Shown one piece after another: positions 60,415-64,000 of a stretch of DNA of 64,000 nucleotides (position 1 is the stretch's first letter; the number at the start of each line of letters is the position of its first letter). Below the pieces are notes generated by a model that searched no databases, was not told the origin of the DNA, and saw only the letters and a list, made by a program, of their open reading frames with translations. Origin of the DNA: a virus (Duplodnaviria; Caudoviricetes); IMG/VR virus record IMGVR_UViG_3300032237_000764, positions 32,168 to 96,167 of that record; one strand, given 5' to 3'. The position numbers were made by a program, and so were the translations under genes.

Positions 60415-61236
60415 TTAATTTATATTTTTATAAGATTTTCCGTTTTTTATAGAAGATATCGCGCCATGAGACACTCCATATTCATGTGCAATTTCTCTTA
60501 ATGTTAATATGCTTTGTTTTAATTTATATTTAATATCTATTATGTTTTGATTGGATAATTTTTTACGCGTTTCACAATTATGAATTATGTGGGTATTTAA
60601 AATTTTATTATAAATTTTATATTTGCGTGTTAAATAAAACGTTGAATTATAATAAATCCAATTTAAAAATAATTTAATATTTTTAATTGAGGAAGTGTGT
60701 AAAATACATATCATATTGTTGGATTTTGTTTTTTTAAATTTCTTTAAGAACCGAAATCCAATTGTATGTGATATAATATCATTTAATTGATTTGAGAATG
60801 ATTCTGTTCCTATAATTGTTAATTCATATCTATATTTATTTATCGTTTTACGCTTTGAAATGTGAATGCAACCATCTCCATCAAAATAACCACGAATAAA
60901 ATGACGTTGTAAATTTTCTTCTATTAATGGATATTTTAAAGTTATTGTTTTATTTGAATCAACTCCTTTATTTATTAGACAATCTGTAAATTGATTGCCG
61001 TAAATTCTTAATCTTTTATATAAAGTATTATTATGTATAGTTGTTTTAATTTTTCCAGCATATTTAAATTCTTTTTTTGCAAACTTTAATATTTCCAAAT
61101 CTTTTTTTGCAATCTCTATTGAGACACTTTTATTTTTTGGATTGGTGCAAATATGTCCGTCAGCCAATATAAAACCAAATAAATATGCCTTGTTTTCTGT
61201 GTCTATTTTATCAAAATATAAGTCATCCTTATTCAT
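60415..61236 (-). CDS. Double-motif LAGLIDADG homing endonuclease with C-terminal HTH
   Basis: AYLFGFILADG, HFIRGYFDGDG, LREIAHEYGVS. Confidence 0.88.
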   Translation of the reverse strand: MNKDDLYFDKIDTENKAYLFGFILADGHICTNPKNKSVSIEIAKKDLEILKFAKKEFKYAGKIKTTIHNNTLYKRLRIYGNQFTDCLINKGVDSNKTITLKYPLIEENLQRHFIRGYFDGDGCIHISKRKTINKYRYELTIIGTESFSNQLNDIISHTIGFRFLKKFKKTKSNNMICILHTSSIKNIKLFLNWIYYNSTFYLTRKYKIYNKILNTHIIHNCETRKKLSNQNIIDIKYKLKQSILTLREIAHEYGVSHGAISSIKNGKSYKNIN

Positions 61237-61278
61237 ATTAAGTATAAATATAGTATATCAAGGCGAAAACACAGAATA

Positions 61279-61998
61279 TCATTCAAAATAATTTTCATTG
61301 ATAACTTTAAAAGATAATCTACCATTTAGTGCGTAGCTAAACATCTCGGTCACTGGTCTAACTACAACTCCTTCAGCAATATTACCATTAGAATATTTTA
61401 ATTCATTGACTATATTTTGAAGTTGATTTAGTGTATAATTAAAATTATTTCCAATTTCTATTACAGAAACCATTGGTATATTCATTATGTTTGTAAAATT
61501 AACTAAATCAAAATGATTTAGATATTGCTGTTTATCAATATCATATAGATTAAATGCAAAAAAAGAAATTTCTTTTAATTCTAATGGATTATTATTTATT
61601 CCTACGCCAGCAACTTCACCTTGCAATGCAATATTTTTATTTGGAAAATATTGTTTTATTTTGTTTTCCAAATCATATTTAATTGCAATTTTCCAAAATG
61701 CATTGTGTTCATCGTATTTTAATTCTAAATTACGACTGCATACACCGAATGTATTGTCTTTTACATAAAACGTACCGCTACTACCATCCACTTTGACAGT
61801 AATAACATAAGGTTTATCAAATAATTCTTTAATGATGTCGGGATTACTCTTAATATTGTCTTCATCAGTTTTCTTGATATATGAAGGACGATAACCTTTA
61901 ACTTGTCCAGCAAGATTTGCTGGAACTGGTTTTTCATAATGTTTACAACGAATCAAATGTGATATTTCTATTCCTTCTTTTAATATTAATTCATTCAT
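61279..61998 (-). CDS. RNA ligase (DRB0094/Rnl5-like), catalytic C-terminal part
   Basis: KTDE, motif I KVDGSS, VCSRN, LQGE, FNLYD, AEGVVVR, SFKVIN. Confidence 0.88.
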   Translation of the reverse strand: MNELILKEGIEISHLIRCKHYEKPVPANLAGQVKGYRPSYIKKTDEDNIKSNPDIIKELFDKPYVITVKVDGSSGTFYVKDNTFGVCSRNLELKYDEHNAFWKIAIKYDLENKIKQYFPNKNIALQGEVAGVGINNNPLELKEISFFAFNLYDIDKQQYLNHFDLVNFTNIMNIPMVSVIEIGNNFNYTLNQLQNIVNELKYSNGNIAEGVVVRPVTEMFSYALNGRLSFKVINENYFE

Positions 61999-63061
61999 AA
62001 TATATTTTTTTAAATTGTGTAAATGTTAATCCGGTTTCTTTTTTTATTTTCTTTTTTATTATATCTTCATTTAGATTTAACGATTTTGAAATTTCTTCTA
62101 TATTAAGAATTTTATTTTTTAATAAACGTTTAATATCCTCAAGTGTAAACGCATTAATTTTTCTACCATATTTGTTTAATGGAACTCCGACGATATTATT
62201 TCTGTACTCTTCAAATGTCATTTTCATTTTTTTAATAAAAATCAATCTACATATATGTAGTTTGACTCCAATTTCATTAGAAATCTGTTTTATTGTTTTA
62301 TTAAAATGCGTATTTAATTGATTTTTAATTTCTAAAAAAATTTCGTCTTCTGTTTTATTATTAAGCTTTATTTCCTTTTGAATTTGATATATTGTTTTGT
62401 TATATAACACACGGATTCTTTCCCTTATTGCAAATTCAGAAACATTTAATGTTTTTGATATGAACTTTAAAGATTTATTATTTTTTAACATTAAAATGAC
62501 ATCATCGCAGTTTACATTAATATATCCGTGATGTTCGTTTCCATATTTTATTGGGAGCATTATTCGTGTTATTTTTTTAGATTTTAAAGTTTTAGATATT
62601 TTTTCTTTTGTTTCGTTAGAAGGAGATTGATGTTTTTTATTTTTTAACGCGATCATCAACTTTAGTTTTTGTTTTTCTTTTATTTTATCCGCTTCTTCCT
62701 TTCCATATTTTTCAATCCACCACATATAAGGAGATTTACCGTAGTGATGTTTTCCTGTATTTCCTCCGTCTCCTCCATCTGTCATGTTATAGCCACATGA
62801 CTCATTTTTTGTATTTAATTTTTTAATAAAAAATTTTTCATATTCATTTATCTTTTCGCTATCATCTGTAGATTTTAATAAATATATTTTAAAATTTTCA
62901 TATCCATAACAATTCATGGCATCGTATAAACGTCGATTGACTTTTTTAGTCGCGTTTTTAATGTGTGCAGTAAATCTTTGTTGGAGTGTTTTAGTAGTTT
63001 TTCCGACATATTTTTTACCATTGATTAAATTTTTAATATAATATACTTTATATATCTTCAT
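61991..63061 (-). CDS. GIY-YIG homing endonuclease inserted in the RNA ligase gene
   Basis: VYYIKN..KYVGKT..RF..H..E..GYNMTDGGDGG; C-terminal HTH-like repeats. Confidence 0.87.
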   Translation of the reverse strand: MKIYKVYYIKNLINGKKYVGKTTKTLQQRFTAHIKNATKKVNRRLYDAMNCYGYENFKIYLLKSTDDSEKINEYEKFFIKKLNTKNESCGYNMTDGGDGGNTGKHHYGKSPYMWWIEKYGKEEADKIKEKQKLKLMIALKNKKHQSPSNETKEKISKTLKSKKITRIMLPIKYGNEHHGYINVNCDDVILMLKNNKSLKFISKTLNVSEFAIRERIRVLYNKTIYQIQKEIKLNNKTEDEIFLEIKNQLNTHFNKTIKQISNEIGVKLHICRLIFIKKMKMTFEEYRNNIVGVPLNKYGRKINAFTLEDIKRLLKNKILNIEEISKSLNLNEDIIKKKIKKETGLTFTQFKKIYYE

Positions 63062-63062
63062 A

Positions 63063-63094
63063 ATTTGATGGTTTTAGATCTAAAACCATCAAAT
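63063..63094. repeat. Perfect 32-bp palindrome directly upstream of the HEG start codon
   Basis: ATTTGATGGTTTTAGA|TCTAAAACCATCAAAT. Confidence 0.93.
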
Positions 63095-63112
63095 ATAAAT
63101 ATTCTTAGAATA

Positions 63113-63451
63113 TTAATAAATTAATATTTTTTCGTTATTTTTTTCGTTATTTTTTTCTATAATTTTTCCACCCGTGAATGTTTCTAATATTGAAAGTGGA
63201 AAAATAATGCCGCTAGAAATCTCACCACGTAACTTGATTGTTTTAATACGAAAATGCTTGCTTCGCAAAAATTCATATTGAGGGCAATCTTCAAATATGC
63301 TATCCACGGTAATATAGATGCATAGATCATTCGCTTTAAACTCATTTTTCTTTACACATACTTGCCAGCCATTAATTTTGGCAAGTTCCAATGCGTCGGC
63401 ATTTGGATGTTTGTTGATTTCGGCTATTCTTTCAATGGTTGCGACTTTCAT
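63113..63451 (-). CDS. RNA ligase (DRB0094/Rnl5-like), N-terminal part
   Basis: VATIERI..HPNADALELAKI.GWQVCVKK..DS..RIKTIKLRGEISSG..FP. Confidence 0.85.
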   Translation of the reverse strand: MKVATIERIAEINKHPNADALELAKINGWQVCVKKNEFKANDLCIYITVDSIFEDCPQYEFLRSKHFRIKTIKLRGEISSGIIFPLSILETFTGGKIIEKNNEKNNEKILIY

Positions 63452-63492
63452 AAGCTGTGATCTTACAATATGTTGTGTGCTATGTCAATATA

Positions 63493-63524
63493 AAAAAAGC
63501 AGGTGATTGCTCACCTGCTTTTTT
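63493..63524. terminator. Bidirectional intrinsic terminator
   Basis: AAAAAAGCAGGTGA-TTGC-TCACCTGCTTTTTT. Confidence 0.8.
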
Positions 63525-63539
63525 ATAAATGTATTGAAG

Positions 63540-64000
63540 TTACTGTTTCTCCAATTTATTAAGTGCATCACGAAGCTGTTCAAGTGCAGTCTTGACAGTC
63601 TTTTGCAATTGTTCACCGGTTGGTACTGGCTTTGTCTGCGGCGTATTGATTTGTTCAGAAAATGCACGTAGACGATCAGCAGTTTCGTTCAGCTTGTTTT
63701 TAATATCTGCATTGGCACTTTCAATCAATCGCTTGATTTCAGATTCCAAATCAGGGTTTTCCACTTTTTCAGGAGCAGGAGTTGGAATTTGTTTAAAAAA
63801 ACAATTCCAATTATGTATCAAATGATCATTATTTTGTTCTTCTAATTTTGATTCTGCTTCTGCGCGTGCGGCTGCGGCCTCTTGACAAAGAGTACAACTA
63901 TCATCACTATCATCACTATCATCACTATCATCACTATCATCACTATCATCACTATCATCACTATCATCACTATCATCACTATCATCACTATCATCACTAT
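63540..64000 (-). CDS. Hypothetical protein with (SDD)n tract and CxxC; start lies beyond the window
   Basis: The frame of ORF 63540-63821 stays open to 64000: ..SDDSDDSCTLCQEAAAARAEAE.. Confidence 0.65.
   Translation of the reverse strand, partial: SDDSDDSDDSDDSDDSDDSDDSDDSDDSDDSDDSCTLCQEAAAARAEAESKLEEQNNDHLIHNWNCFFKQIPTPAPEKVENPDLESEIKRLIESANADIKNKLNETADRLRAFSEQINTPQTKPVPTGEQLQKTVKTALEQLRDALNKLEKQ
63897..64000. repeat. 9-bp tandem repeat (actatcatc), at least 11.5 copies
   Basis: Perfect repeat running off the window end. Confidence 0.95.

Noticed and set aside
201-63825. Short antisense ORFs from the track (e.g. 4563-4757, 10106-10534, 28614-29012, 44083-44449, 57784-58122)
   Set aside because: They are shadows of well-supported genes on the opposite strand and carry no motifs.
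1-64000. Genome-wide stop-codon reassignment
   Set aside because: Long genes are intact in code 11, and TAA, TAG and TGA all end genes at sensible positions. The interrupting stop in the GT is a single TAA.
1-64000. Bacterial LPS/capsule locus or eukaryotic giant-virus origin
   Set aside because: The gp43/gp45/gp44-like module, dense HEGs, bacterial-type promoters and terminators, and the lack of export genes point to a bacteriophage.

Overview
AT-rich window from a large dsDNA tailed phage (T4-like or jumbo type), with no sign of stop-codon reassignment. About 1-23.5 kb and 33.9-42 kb are glycan islands with NDP-sugar enzymes and about 15 glycosyltransferases and methyltransferases. One island holds a gene set matching the lincosamide-type NDP-octose pathway. 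About 25-33 kb is a replication module: Cas4-like exonuclease, family B DNA polymerase, sliding clamp and clamp loader. About 42-52 kb holds probable virion-internal proteins, an SF2 helicase and a GDP-mannose dehydratase with two LAGLIDADG inteins. About 52-64 kb holds vWA, ClpP and an RNA end-healing/sealing set interleaved with homing endonuclease genes (HEGs). Several genes are broken in ways that need post-transcriptional rescue. (1) A glycosyltransferase motif is interrupted by TTG-TAA-TTG at the foot of an 18-bp hairpin, a candidate programmed ribosomal stop-hop. (2) The clamp loader carries a natural split intein around a decayed endonuclease. (3) An RNA ligase is split into two ORFs by a GIY-YIG gene. 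(4) A family of unannotated ~50-aa MGR(K/H)KL ORFs overlaps three endonuclease starts in the same frame offset. No tRNA, rRNA or CRISPR array was seen. All family calls come from motifs read by eye, without database searches.
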